43,501 nt of DNA from Leidyana gryllorum EB-2025a. Lineage: Eukaryota > Protista > Apicomplexa. The notes beneath the pieces were generated by a model. It had not been told where the DNA came from. It searched no databases and saw nothing but the letters and a program-made list of their open reading frames with translations. Positions 28,999-39,839 of the stretch are shown here, in pieces. The stretch spans positions 1-43,501 of the forward strand of contig JBLWGC010000074.1 of the NCBI GenBank assembly GCA_048772705.1. Direction: 5' to 3'. How positions within the stretch are numbered: position 1 is the first letter of the stretch; each line of letters opens with the position of its first letter. Made by a program: the position numbers and the translations under genes.

Positions 28999-29080
28999 CG
29001 ACAAGGGTGGGATTCGAACTCACGCGGGTGAAACCCAACGGCTTAGCAGGCCGCCGCCTTAACCGCTCGCTCACCTTGCC
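28999..29080 (-). pseudogene. trnS: tRNA-Ser(GCT), D-stem lesions
   Basis: Ser-GCT body. Confidence 0.65.
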
Positions 29081-29240
29081 GAGAGTGTAACTGATTACAT
29101 CTTCCCTCGGGAAGGAAACGAATCGACGACCTTTCGCTTACTAAGCGAATGCTCCCCTAAGCTAAGAAGGCAAGACAGGGCCGAAGATCACGAATCAGTC
29201 ACTGTTGACGGGGATTACTGGAGCACTTCGCTCAAGTAGC

Positions 29241-29313
29241 TTCCACTGCCGGGACTTGAACCCGGATCATGCGGGTGAGAGCCGCATATCCTAGCCACTC
29301 AGACTACAGTGGA
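29241..29313 (-). tRNA. trnE: tRNA-Glu(CTC)
   Basis: Minor variants. Confidence 0.82.
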
Positions 29314-29709
29314 CAAGCTCCTGAGCTGAGGTTTCGGACGAGAGCCGTACCATCTTGAGATGAGGTGGAGCGTCGGGTCAACCGACAAGCAACGGGACTG
29401 TTCTGGGAATCGAACCCAGGACTTCTTGTACCCGAAGGAAAAATTATACCACTACACCAAACAGCCGCCTGGTCGGTGTTTGAACCCGCTTTGTACAGTC
29501 AAGAGACTGCTCATAATATGTAAAGTGTTAGTCAATGGTATGGGGTAGGCACGGCGGGCGGCCAGCTCAGATGGTTAAGCGGTCGCTTGGCGTACAAAAG
29601 GTACTTGGATCGGTCCCTAGCCCATCCAAACTATATGCATGGAATCATCGCCAGATTAAATCCAGTTGGCACATAGGTTGAGTAGTAGTTTTCAAACCAT
29701 CTTTCTACT

Positions 29710-29789
29710 TCCGGTGGGACGGAATCGAACCGCCGACTATCTGATGCCAGTACTACAGTCAGATGCTCTACCAACTGAGCTACCCCCGG
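29710..29789 (-). tRNA. trnY: tRNA-Tyr(GTA) with 7-nt intron TACTGGC
   Basis: Exons same as 17785; intron differs by 1 nt. Confidence 0.88.
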
Positions 29790-29964
29790 CCGGCCAACGG
29801 CGTCGAGGTTCGCAGGCTCAACCTCAGAACCTCGACAGTGACACTTCAAGCTCTCAACTACGCCGCAGATTTAGCGGTCGTCCGAGGTGCCAGACTCAAG
29901 TTCTGGCAAGACTGGACGATCTGGATATGGATCCTAGTAGCTCACCGAGTGCCAATACAAAGGG

Positions 29965-30044
29965 TGACAAAAGTGGGATTCGAACCCACGCGCTCTCGGA
30001 CTGCGGACTGAACACAGCGCCTTGGACCACTCGGCCATCTTGCC
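29965..30044 (-). tRNA. trnL: tRNA-Leu(CAG), variant
   Basis: Loop TTCAGTC, variable-arm changes. Confidence 0.65.
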
Positions 30045-30484
30045 GAAATGTTGTTGGCTCGCCGCTCCACGCGTTCTCTATCCGTGGAATCTCAAAATGG
30101 AAGAACTTCTGGGGTTGCAGGCCGGCGTATCCAGAGCGTCCGAGATAGTATAGCGCTTGGTATTTCCGCCTATTACGCGGACGACCAGGGTCGATTCCCG
30201 GTCTCGGGATGAAGTCCAGACCAGCTGAGACAAAATCTGAGTTGCAGCAGTTGTGAGGGGCTGGAACTGCTCCGGGATTATACGAGTGTGAGCCGCGTAT
30301 GGTAGCCGACCTTGGAGAGACGTGGCATTCCGTCAACAACTATCAGACGGGCTGTTCTGGGAATCGAACACATCCCTTCTTCCACCCGAAAGAAGAATCA
30401 TACCACTAGACCAAACAGCCGCCTGTCGGTGGTGCAAACCGCTGAGGACACTTGAGATAGTGACACCAAATGTCACAACGTCTC

Positions 30485-30557
30485 TGCCTCGGCCGTGGAT
30501 CGAACACGGGACTTCCAGATCTTCAGTCTGGCGCTCTCCCAACTGAGCTACCGAGGC
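30485..30557 (-). tRNA. trnF: tRNA-Phe(GAA)
   Basis: CCAGA-CTGAAGA-TCTGG, G20. Confidence 0.93.
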
Positions 30558-30645
30558 GGTAGGTAGTCACGGAAGGCGATGAAAATAAGCACTTACCGCG
30601 GCGGTATGTGGGGCCACTCCTCGCCGCATGGCGAAATCGACAGTA

Positions 30646-30773
30646 GCCAACTTGCCCGAGTGGGGAAGGGGGGTAGACTGGAATTCATGCGTAAGTCGGT
30701 GTCTGACCCCTCCAATCACATCGCACGACAACTGCTGGATCTGCACCAGCGCGGCCCAGGCCCAGTTGAATTC
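30646..30773. pseudogene. trnS: tRNA-Ser split by an internal inversion bounded by GAATTC
   Basis: 5' half on +, 3' half on -; GAATTC at 30681-30686 and 30768-30773. Confidence 0.75.
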
Positions 30774-30832
30774 TGTGGTGGAAATGATGCTATTCCCAGC
30801 ATCAAACCCTCATATGGATCGAGACAGGGAGT

Positions 30833-30904
30833 GCCTTCTTAGCTTAGGGGCAGAGCATTCGCTTAGTAAGCGAAAGGTCGCCGATTTGATTCCGGCAGAA
30901 GGCT
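30833..30904 (+). pseudogene. trnT: tRNA-Thr(AGT), T arm mutated
   Basis: Thr body. Confidence 0.7.
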
Positions 30905-30953
30905 TTGGTCACGACCCAATCAATTCTATAACTGTTTCCCTCCTGCGCACACT

Positions 30954-31025
30954 TAGCAGTGCGTCGTTTCGATCGACGAACCTTTGGGTTATGAGCCCAA
31001 CACTCTTCCACTGAGCTACACTGCT
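30954..31025 (-). tRNA. trnM: initiator tRNA-Met(CAT)
   Basis: iMet hallmarks. Confidence 0.88.
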
Positions 31026-31160
31026 CAGTCTGCAACATGGAAGAGGGAGCCGAAATGCGATTCTTGAGATGTTAATGGCCTTGAGTGCCGAAGTGGGCCA
31101 AGGAGGTGGCTGTGTTGGCTGTGAGGGGAACTTGTCCCGTCGGGTCAACCGACAACCAAC

Positions 31161-31232
31161 GGGCTGTTCTGGGAATCGAACCCAGGACTCCTTCCACCCT
31201 AAGGAAGGATCATACCACTAGACCAAACAGCC
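31161..31232 (-). tRNA. trnP: tRNA-Pro(AGG)
   Basis: Intact. Confidence 0.92.
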
Positions 31233-31365
31233 GACCGGTCGGTCGTGCAACCCGCTGAGGACATTTGACCTAGTGGTCATACTATGTTGAGAACCAACAA
31301 ATGCGATGGGTCTGCACAACAAAATGGAAGGACTTTTGGGGTTTCAGGCCGGTTTGTTCGGAGCG

Positions 31366-31437
31366 TCCGAGATAGTATAGTGGTTAGTATTTCCGCCTGT
31401 CACGCGGAAGACCCGGGTTCGATTTCCGGTCTCGAAG
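31366..31437 (+). tRNA. trnD: tRNA-Asp(GTC), stem variants
   Basis: Asp body. Confidence 0.65.
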
Positions 31438-31492
31438 CACACTTGATTTCGCTTAAGATTCTCCCCTTTGGTTCCCGCTGAAAGTTGCGAGC

Positions 31493-31565
31493 TACAGCCA
31501 CCGAGGATCGAACTCGGGACCTTCTGCGTGTGAAGCAGACGTCGTGACCACTAGACCATGGCTGC
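31493..31565 (-). tRNA. trnV: tRNA-Val(CAC)
   Basis: Intact. Confidence 0.92.
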
Positions 31566-31628
31566 AGAGAAGGTCCCGCAGACCAAGAGAAGTGGCGAGG
31601 TTTTACGAAGTACTGAGTACTAGTTTTG

Positions 31629-31699
31629 AGGTCGCCCCGGGAATCGAACGCAGTCGGGAGATTCAGAGTCTCCAGTGCTAACCACTACACCAAGTAACC
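31629..31699 (-). pseudogene. trnQ: tRNA-Gln(CTG) pseudogene
   Basis: Paralog of 12168-12239 retaining CTG. Confidence 0.7.
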
Positions 31700-31980
31700 G
31701 ATCAGTCCTTCCCAAAAAAGAGTTGGTAGAGCCATCCGGGCTAGCGCTCCCTCAACTGGACACATGCAACACGCGTCTCTCTACTGACCTTTGAAATATT
31801 GTAACTGACTCTGGTATCTTAGTCGGCAGAGTGTGTGATTGTAAAATGCAAACTCGGAAATCCGGGCTCTGAGGCAACCTTCACACATACTGCGGTGCCC
31901 GAGTCTAGCCAAGGGTAAAGGGCACACTTGAAAGCTTTCAACTCTGTAGTAAAAAAGCGGCACTTGCAGACTACGAAGTT

Positions 31981-32053
31981 TGGACGACCTGGGCATTGAT
32001 CCCAGTACCTCTCGCATGCTAAGCGAGCGCTCTACCATTTGAGCTAGTCGCCC
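31981..32053 (-). tRNA. trnA: tRNA-Ala(AGC)
   Basis: Same as 11814-11886. Confidence 0.9.
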
Positions 32054-32187
32054 TTTGTGCAGACCCCGTCGCATTTTGTTGATTCTCAACATCGTATGAC
32101 CACTCTCGCGACTGTGCTCACCGCGTTGCACGACCGACAGGCGGCTGTTTGGTCTAGTGGTATGATTCTTAAGCGAGATCAACTGTG

Positions 32188-32259
32188 CTCCGAGACCGGG
32201 AATCGAACCCGGGTCTTCCGCGTGACAGGCGGAAATACTAACCACTATACTATCTCGGA
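32188..32259 (-). tRNA. trnD: tRNA-Asp(GTC)
   Basis: Intact. Confidence 0.93.
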
Positions 32260-32352
32260 CGCTCCGAACACACCGGCCTGAAACCCCAAAAGTCCTTCAT
32301 CTTGAGATTCCAGGGATAGAAAACGCGTGGAGCGGCGAGCCAACAACATCCC

Positions 32353-32432
32353 GGCAAGGTGACCGAGTGGTCTGAGGCGCTGTGCTCAGACCGGAGTCCG
32401 AAAGGTCGTGGGTTCGAATCCCACTTTTGTCA
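32353..32432 (+). tRNA. trnL: tRNA-Leu(CAG) variant
   Basis: Same family as 251-330. Confidence 0.65.
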
Positions 32433-32468
32433 GGTTGCGCCCCAAACGGGAAAAACATAGAGTCCGGT

Positions 32469-32536
32469 TGAGCCCACAGTGATTCGAACACCCAACCTTC
32501 TGGGAGTCAGACGCGCTACCGTTGCGCCATAGGCCC
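32469..32536 (-). pseudogene. trnW: tRNA-Trp pseudogene (4-nt deletion)
   Basis: Same lesion as 367-434. Confidence 0.85.
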
Positions 32537-32708
32537 AAAACCATCCCCCGTTCCAGACTCATTTACCGGCAATCGGCCCGCTTCTTAGGCGTGACATTCG
32601 AAAATAGTAACCACTATGCTATCTCGGACGCTTTGAACACGCCACGGACATTCCATTCGTTCAGAAAACGGCCGTTACCGTGTACGAGCTTCAACAACAA
32701 GGTGTGAC

Positions 32709-32779
32709 GCATCTGTGGTCTAGTGGTAGAATGTCTCGTTGCCATCGAGACGACCCGGGTTCGATTCCCGGCAGATGCA
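32709..32779 (+). tRNA. trnG: tRNA-Gly(GCC)
   Basis: Intact. Confidence 0.92.
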
Positions 32780-32835
32780 GAGGACACATGGTTGCTTTTC
32801 CACATTCAGAAATGAGTTGGTGTAACCACATCGCA

Positions 32836-32917
32836 CGACAACTGCTGGATTTGAACCAGCGCGGGCCCGGCCCAGTAGATTTCTAGTCTACCCCCTTAAC
32901 CACTCGGGCAAGTTGCC
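32836..32917 (-). tRNA. trnS: tRNA-Ser(AGA)
   Basis: Intact. Confidence 0.92.
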
Positions 32918-33149
32918 GTTGTTGAACTTGGCATTTTGCGGCCAGTGGCTTCACATACGGTTCAGCAAGCTTTACTCGGACTGCTCGCGCCGCCCGAACC
33001 CGCGGTTCTCCCTTCAAAAGTCTTGTGCTCTATCGACGGAGTTGGGGCGGCAAGAAAGCTCGGACTTGGTAACAAATTCCAGTCGTATTGATGGTGGAAT
33101 CTTTCCGAGACGGTTCGGCTCTCGGCCGAAGCCTAAACTCGAGCACTTG

Positions 33150-33222
33150 TCCACTGTAGTCTAAGTGGCTAGGATATGCGGCTTTCACCCGCACGATTCG
33201 GGTTCAAGTCCCGGCAGTGGAA
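33150..33222 (+). tRNA. trnE: tRNA-Glu(TTC)
   Basis: One U-G variant in T stem. Confidence 0.88.
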
Positions 33223-33298
33223 GTCATTGGACCATTCGAGCAAAGTGCTCCAGTAACCTTCGTCAATAGTGACTGACTCGTGATCATTGGCTTGCATT

Positions 33299-33370
33299 GC
33301 CTTCTTAGCTTAGGGGCAGAGCATTCGCTTAGTAAGCGAAAGGTCGCCGGTTCGATTCCGGCAGAAGGCT
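33299..33370 (+). tRNA. trnT: tRNA-Thr(AGT)
   Basis: Intact. Confidence 0.92.
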
Positions 33371-33956
33371 CGACTGCATCGAATGGGCACCTGCAAGCTT
33401 ATCGCAACTCCAATCATCGTAGCTGAGCCTCGTAGCTCAGCCATCAGAGTGTAAGTCTCTTAGCCACGAAGTCGCAGGTTTGGAACCTGCTAGTACCTGA
33501 CGCACCCACAGCGCTCTGTTTGGTCCAGTTATATATTCTTCCTTTGGGTGGAAGAAGTCCTGGGTTCGATTCCCAGAACAGCCCGTCTGATAGTTGTTGA
33601 CTCAATGCCACGTCTCTCCAAGGTCGGCTTCTATACGCGGCTCCCACTCGTACAATCCCGGATGAAGTCCAGACCAGCTGAGACAAAATCTGAGTTGCAG
33701 CAGTTGTGAGGGGCTGGAACTGCTCCGAGACCGGGAATCGAACCCGGGTCTTCCGCGTGACTGGCGGAAAAACTAATCACTATACTATATCGGACGCTAG
33801 TAAACACGACGGCCTCCAACCCCAGAACTCCTCGCATTTTGAGATTTCACGGACAGGAAACGGGTAACACTTCGGCAAGATGGCCGAGTGCTGTGTGCAA
33901 GCCGCCGTCCGAAAATGCGGGCGGATGATCGCAACCATGTTTAGGCTAATGACTGA

Positions 33957-34028
33957 AGCCTCCTGCCGGAATCGAACCAGCGACCTTTCGCTTACAAAGC
34001 GAATGCTCTGCCCCTAAGCTAAGGAGGC
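33957..34028 (-). tRNA. trnT: tRNA-Thr(TGT)
   Basis: Same as 24956-25027. Confidence 0.9.
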
Positions 34029-34092
34029 ATTCCCTGTCTCGACCCATATGAGTTTTTGATGCCGGGAATTGCATCATTTCCACCACATCGCA

Positions 34093-34174
34093 CGACCACT
34101 GCTGGATTTGAACCAGCGCGGTCCAGGCCCAGTAGATTTCGAGTCTACCCCCTTATTTACTCGGGCAAGTTGCC
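34093..34174 (-). pseudogene. trnS: tRNA-Ser(CGA) pseudogene
   Basis: D-loop GG lost. Confidence 0.7.
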
Positions 34175-34282
34175 ACCTGTCGAACTCGGCATTTTGCGGC
34201 CAGTGATGTCACATACGGTTCAGCAAGCTCGACTAGGACCCCAAACCGTCGTGAAAAGTGCCAGCGAGTAAGAGATGTCGTC

Positions 34283-34364
34283 GGCAAGGTGGCCGAGTGG
34301 TTAAGGCGGCGGCCTGCTAAGCCGTTGGGTGCCACCCGCGTGAGTTCGAATCTCACCCTTGTCG
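34283..34364 (+). tRNA. trnS: tRNA-Ser(GCT)
   Basis: Intact. Confidence 0.92.
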
Positions 34365-34655
34365 GTAGCATTCGGGGAGAGCGCAACTGGTTGAATGATT
34401 GAACTGAGGTTTTTGCCCGACTCGAATCCAACTCTTGACGCTGGGGTCTGTATACAAGACCCGTGTTGCATGTGTCCAGTTGAGGAAGCGCTAGTCCGAC
34501 TCTTCTGGGATGGGCTGAACCGGTTGCGTCCTTGGTGGTTAGCACTCGACACTTTGGATTTTCCGACCTGGGTTCGGTCCCGGCGCGACCCTTGAACTGG
34601 TCCTCACTACTCCCTGAAGCATCGCCACTTCTCTTGGGCTGCGGGGACCATCCAT

Positions 34656-34727
34656 GCAGCCATGGTCTAGTGGTTACGACGTCTGCTTAACACGCGAAGG
34701 TCCCGAGTTCGATCCTCGGTGGCTGTA
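34656..34727 (+). pseudogene. trnV: tRNA-Val(AAC), 1-nt deletion in anticodon stem
   Basis: Val body. Confidence 0.7.
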
Positions 34728-34782
34728 GCTCGAAACTTTCAGCGGGCACCAAAAAAGACAATCTTAAGCGAGATCAACTGTG

Positions 34783-34854
34783 CTCCGAGACCGGGAATCG
34801 AACACGGGTCTTCCGCGTGACAGGCGGAAATACTAACCACTATACTATCTCGGA
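34783..34854 (-). tRNA. trnD: tRNA-Asp(GTC), T-stem mismatch
   Basis: Asp body. Confidence 0.75.
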
Positions 34855-34948
34855 CGCTTCGAACACACCGGCCTGAAACCCCAAAAGTCCTTCCATCTTG
34901 AGATTCCAGGAATAGAAAACGCGTGGAGCGGCGAGCCAACAACATCCC

Positions 34949-35028
34949 GGCAAGATGACCGAGTGGTCTGAGGCGCTGTGCTCAGACCGGAGTCCGAAAG
35001 GTCGTGGGTTCGAATCCCACTTTTGTCA
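34949..35028 (+). tRNA. trnL: tRNA-Leu(CAG) variant
   Basis: Same as 251-330. Confidence 0.65.
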
Positions 35029-35161
35029 GGCGTTGTAGTCAGGACAACCTGCGACTTCATCCCAGCATGCCCCCACGATGCGCGCGGGACAGCCCGCCGT
35101 GCACGTGGCACCCGGCTAACTTTTGTCGATACAACTGCCACATGATTCTCCAACTTACATT

Positions 35162-35225
35162 GCCTTCTGGGCAGAGCGTTCGCTTCGTAAGCGAGAAGTC
35201 GCCGGTTCGATTCCGGCAGAAGGCT
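35162..35225 (+). pseudogene. trnT: tRNA-Thr(CGT), D-arm deletion
   Basis: Paralog of 28030-28101. Confidence 0.75.
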
Positions 35226-35403
35226 TTGTTGCATCGATAGGCTTAAGAGGAATGGCTGTCGCCACGTACAAGATTCACAAGATCGTGTTCTGCATCTGTG
35301 GTCTAGTGGAAGAGTCGATCGCTGCCATCGAGATAACCTGTGTGCGATTCCCGACTGCAAAATGGGAGCATGATGAGTTTGTCGGCGGTTTCGATTCTGA
35401 CCG

Positions 35404-35476
35404 TGGGAGTGGAGAGGATCGAACTCTCGACTTCAGGATTATGAGACCTACGCGCTACCGACTGCGCTACACTCCC
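35404..35476 (-). tRNA. trnM: elongator tRNA-Met(CAT)
   Basis: TAGGT-CTCATAA-TCCTG with U31.U39, normal T loop. Confidence 0.9.
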
Positions 35477-35712
35477 CCTCCGACTTTCTCCGAGGAATCA
35501 CCTGAACCCAGAACCATGCTGCCAGGCAGGTTGGGTCAAGATACAACAAAGCGGGCTGTTTTGGGAATGGAACCCAGGACTTCTTCCACCCGACGGCAGA
35601 ATCATACCACTAGACCAAACAGCCGCCTGTCATTCGTGTAACCCGCTGAAGACAGTTTAAAAAGTGGTCATCCTATGTTGAGAACCAACAAATGCGATGG
35701 GGTCCGCATAAC

Positions 35713-35785
35713 GGGAGACTAGCTCAAATGGTAGAGCGCTCGCTTAGCATGCGAGAGGTACTGGGATCGATGCCCAGGTCGTCCA
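35713..35785 (+). tRNA. trnA: tRNA-Ala(AGC), C4>A
   Basis: Ala body. Confidence 0.75.
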
Positions 35786-36088
35786 AAGTACGTACGGCTG
35801 CACGTGGCCGAATTCAAACCCATCGTTGTCATCTTTGAAGGGTCGCGAACCACAAGTGCCATTGGGAGAGCACCGCAGTCAATGTCTAGGGTGCCTCTGA
35901 AGCCGGTTTTGCTAGGTTCCGGACCTGCGAGCTTGTCATCAAAAGCCACACGCTCTGCCGACTGAGCTCACAAAACGCCTTACAATGTTGCAGAGCTTAG
36001 TAGAGGGACCCTCCACTTTCTACCGCAACCCCTTTCTTATAGGTTGACCCGACGGACCACGTCTTGTTGACCTCAACAGTGGAACTTG

Positions 36089-36161
36089 TCCACTGTAGTC
36101 TAAGTGGCTAGGATTTGCGACTCTCACCCGCATGATCCGGGTTCAAGTCCCGGCAGTGGAA
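36089..36161 (+). pseudogene. trnE: tRNA-Glu(CTC), degenerate
   Basis: Anticodon-stem mismatch. Confidence 0.65.
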
Positions 36162-36533
36162 GTCGTTGGACCATTCGAGCAAAGTGCTCCAGTAACCTCC
36201 GTCAATAGTGACTGATTCGTGATCTTTGGCTTGCATTTCCTTGTTAGCTTAGGGGCAGAGCATTCGCTTAGTAAGCGAAAGGTCGCCGGTTTGATTCCGG
36301 CAGAAGGCTCGACTGCACTCCTTCCACAGTAAGGAAGGATCATACCACTAGACCAAACAGCCGCTTAGCCGGTGGTTCAACCCGCTGGGTACAGTCGAGA
36401 GACTCGTCTCACTATGTTAGACAACTCGGCCATCTTGCCGGGATGTTGTTGACTCGCCGCTCCACACGTTTTCTGTGCTTGAAATCTCATAATGGAAGAA
36501 CTTTTGGGGTTGGAGGCCGGCGTGTTCAGAGCG

Positions 36534-36605
36534 TCCGAGATAGTATAGTGGTTAGTATTTCCGCCTGTCACGCGGAAGACCCGGGTTCGATTCCCGGTCT
36601 CAGAG
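36534..36605 (+). tRNA. trnD: tRNA-Asp(GTC), acceptor mismatch
   Basis: Asp body. Confidence 0.75.
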
Positions 36606-36867
36606 CAGTGGTGGTTTCGCTTAAGATTCTCTCCTTTGGTTCTCGCTGAAAGTTGGGAGTTACACCACCGAGGATTCACCTCGGACTTTCTGCGTGTTAA
36701 GCAGACGTCGTAACCACTAGACCGTGGGAGCTATAGACACCGAGGATTCACCTCGGACTTTCTGCGTGTTGAGCAGACGTCGTAACCACTAGACCGTGGC
36801 TGCATGAATGGTCCCCGCAGCCCAAGAGAAGTGGCGAAGTTTCAGGGAGTAGTAAGGACCAGTTCCA

Positions 36868-36939
36868 AGGTCGCGCCGGGAATCGAACCCAGGTCGGGAG
36901 ATTCAGAGTCTCCAGTGCTAACCACTACACCACGCAACC
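36868..36939 (-). tRNA. trnQ: tRNA-Gln(CTG)
   Basis: Intact. Confidence 0.92.
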
Positions 36940-37143
36940 AGTTCAGCCCACCCAAAAGAGTCGGTAGAATCATCCGGACTAGCGCTTCCTCAACTGGACA
37001 CACGCAACACGGGTCTCTTTACTGACCTCTGGGAATATTTTAGGTGGCTCATGTATATAGCGCCCAGCGTAGAGCGTTGGATTTGAGTCGGACAGAATGC
37101 TCACTTCAATCATTGAAGCAATTGCGCTCTTCGCGAATGCTAC

Positions 37144-37225
37144 CGTCAAGGATGAGTTTCGAACTCACGCGGGTGACACCCAACGGCTCAGCAGGCCGCC
37201 GCCTTAACCACTCGGCCACCTTGCC
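37144..37225 (-). pseudogene. trnS: tRNA-Ser(GCT), degenerate 3' half
   Basis: Ser-GCT body. Confidence 0.65.
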
Positions 37226-37560
37226 AAGAGTGTAACTGATCACACCTTTCGTCGGGAACCCCGTGCAAACTGTTAGTGATGTGGGTGGGTATAGCCCCTT
37301 CGAAGTGTCAGTATTTGGCTCTGGAATGACTGTTTGGCGGGGTGGAGGAAGGCCAATCATGGTGCTTTTGCGGAGCACAGTCGGATAGTTGGTCCAGTGA
37401 GTGTTTTACCTCAACTCTGCCTATTTTCGGTCACTTAAAGGGTGAGCCTGATCAGTTCCAAGTTCGCAGTCAAGCGCCGGCCCAACTGGGCGGGGGTGTT
37501 GTTGATGGAGCATCCCCTTGCACCCTTTTGACAGGAGGAGATGCATCGAGAGAAGTTTCA

Positions 37561-37633
37561 CGGAGTGTAGCGCAGTCGGTAGCGCCTAGGTCTCATGTTC
37601 TTGAAGTCGAGAGTTCAATCCTCCCCACTCCCA
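37561..37633 (+). pseudogene. trnM: elongator tRNA-Met, degenerate
   Basis: Loop CTCATGT, several mismatches. Confidence 0.7.
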
Positions 37634-37779
37634 CGGTCGGCATCGGAAGCGCCGACTAACTCGTATGGGGCGCCACCTGACAAGAGTGGACTTCAGCTGT
37701 CCGCTAGTGTCTGAGATGTTTGAGTCCAGCTGAGGGGGGATCCAGCATCCGGGTCGGTGCCATCTGTCGTCGCAGAAGT

Positions 37780-37853
37780 GGTCGCGTAGCTCAGTCGGTT
37801 AGAGCGTGAGCCTAATAAGCTCAAGGTCCCCGGTTCGAGCCCGGGCGTGACCA
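37780..37853 (+). tRNA. trnI: tRNA-Ile(AAT)
   Basis: TGAGC-CTAATAA-GCTCA, all stems pair. Confidence 0.93.
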
Positions 37854-38204
37854 AGTGAGTGGATCTTCGATAAAGAGTCGCCCTGCACTCGAGCAACCCC
37901 CAACATTCTGCGACCAATACGAAAGGTACGTGTTATAAAGTCCTCACTTCCCTGCCGCGCCAGCCCCGTCGGTAGAGCGCAAGACTTTCAATGGAGAGAC
38001 CGCGGGTTCGGGCAGCGCCAGCAGTCCGAGTCAAGCTTGCTGAACCGTATGTGAAGCCACTGGCCGCTAAATGCCGAGTTCGACAGGTGGCAACTTGCCC
38101 GAGTGTTCAAGGGGGTAGACTAGAAATCTACTGGGCCTGGCCAACAAGTTGGCTGTGTTGGTTCTGGGGGCAACTTGTCCCGTCGGATCCACTGACGACC
38201 AATA

Positions 38205-38276
38205 GGGCTGTTCTGGGAATCGAACCCAGGACTTCTTCCACCCGAAGGAAGAATCATACCACTAGACCAAACAGCC
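38205..38276 (-). tRNA. trnP: tRNA-Pro(CGG)
   Basis: Intact. Confidence 0.92.
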
Positions 38277-38502
38277 GCCTAGCCGGTGGTTCAACCAGCT
38301 GGGTAAAGTCGAGAGACTCGTCTCACTACGTGAAGTATCACTCAATGCCGTGAGGTAGGCTAACCCAGATGATGAAATGGTGGCTTACTATACGAAAGGT
38401 ACTGGGATCGATTCCCAGCCCATCCGAGTTACATCGATGGAATGTTGGCCGGAGTAGTCTACTTGGCCTATCAACGCTGTCTGCCGAAACCACATCGCTA
38501 CT

Positions 38503-38582
38503 TCCGGTGGGACGGAATCGAACCGCCGACTACCTGATGCCAGCACTACAGTCAGATGCTCTACCAACTGAGCTACCCCCGG
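38503..38582 (-). tRNA. trnY: tRNA-Tyr(GTA) with 7-nt intron
   Basis: Tyr body, U27-G43. Confidence 0.85.
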
Positions 38583-39046
38583 TCGTCCAACTGCTCCGGG
38601 GTTCGAAAGGCTCAACCCCAGATCCTCGCCCTGTCGCACTGCGGTCTGAGCACAGCGCCTTAGAGAAATCGGCCATCTTGCCGGGATGTTGTTGGCTCGC
38701 CGCTCCACGCGTTTTCTGTGCTTGGAATCTCATAATGGAAGAACTTTTGGGGTTGGAGGCCGGTGTTCAGAGCATTTGAGATAGTATGGTGGTTAGTATT
38801 TCCGCTTGTCACTCGGAAGACCCGGCTTCGATTCCCGGTCTCAGAGCAGTTCCAGCCCCTCACAACTGCTGCAACTCAGATTTTGTTTTAGCTGGTCTGG
38901 CCCCCTGTGGGCGCCTCAGGTACTGGCAGGTTCAAAACCTGCGACTTTGTGGCTAAGAGACTTACTCTCTGCTGGCTGAGCTACGAAGCTCAGCTACGAT
39001 GATTGGAGTTTGCGATAAGCTTGCAGGTGCCTAGTCGATGCAGTCA

Positions 39047-39118
39047 AGCCTTCTGCCGGAATCGAACCGGCGACCTTTCGCTTACTAAGCGAATGCTCTG
39101 CCCCTAAGCTAAGAAGGC
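39047..39118 (-). tRNA. trnT: tRNA-Thr(AGT)
   Basis: Intact. Confidence 0.92.
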
Positions 39119-39343
39119 AATTCAAAAAGGAAATGACGCATCTAACCCCGTTGAGGGAGGTTACTGAAGCACTCCAAGGAGCTCCACTGCCGGCCCTTGA
39201 ACCCGGACCGTGCGGGTGAAAGCCGCATATCCCAGCCCGCCTCAGCCAGACCCTCATGTGATCGAGACAGGGCCTGCCTGGTTAGCTGAAGGGCAAAACG
39301 CTCGCATGGGTGCGAGGGATGACACCAAATGTCACAGCCTCTC

Positions 39344-39416
39344 TGCCTCGGCCGTGGATCGAACACGGGACTTCCAGATCTTCAGTCTGGCGCTCTCCCA
39401 ACTGAGCTACCGAGGC
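39344..39416 (-). tRNA. trnF: tRNA-Phe(GAA)
   Basis: Same as 30485-30557. Confidence 0.93.
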
Positions 39417-39682
39417 GGTAGGTAGTCAGGACAGGCGGTGAAAATAAGCACTTACCGCGGCCGGCCACTCCTCGCCGCATGGCGAAATCGACAGTAGCCA
39501 ACTTGCCCGAGTGGGGAAGGGGGTAGATTTTAATTCATGCGTAAGTTGGTGTCTGACCCCTCCAATCACATCGCACGACAACTGCTGGATCTGCACCAGC
39601 GCGGCCCAGGCCCAGTTGAATTCTGTGGTGGAAATGATGCTATTCCCAGCATCAAACCCTCATATGGATCGAGACAGGGAGT

Positions 39683-39754
39683 GCCTTCTTAGCTTAGGGG
39701 CAGAGCATTCGCTTAGTAAGCGAGAAGTCGCCGGTTCGATTCCGGCAGAAGGCT
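39683..39754 (+). tRNA. trnT: tRNA-Thr(AGT)
   Basis: Intact. Confidence 0.9.
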
Positions 39755-39839
39755 TTCCTCACGCACTTAAGCTATTCTGACTGGTCTCGATAAGGATCTG
39801 AGAGGTTTGGAGGGGAATTGCAATGCACTTTAGATTGGT

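Larger units (their letters stand above)
28295..29100. repeat. ~0.8-kb block, direct copy at ~36424-37243
   Basis: Asp-Val-Val-Gln-Ser(GCT) with shared tandem Val lesion. Confidence 0.85.
30460..30905. repeat. ~0.45-kb block, direct copy at ~39320-39755
   Basis: Phe, split Ser, Thr. Confidence 0.85.
33115..33630. repeat. ~0.5-kb block, diverged direct copy at ~43040-43501
   Basis: Glu, Thr, Asn-like and Pro fragments with shared spacers. Confidence 0.8.

Noticed and set aside
33428-33500. Asn-like relic with an apparent CTT loop (also ~38915-38985 and ~43335-43405)
   Set aside because: Too decayed to define an anticodon arm, so not counted as an anticodon switch
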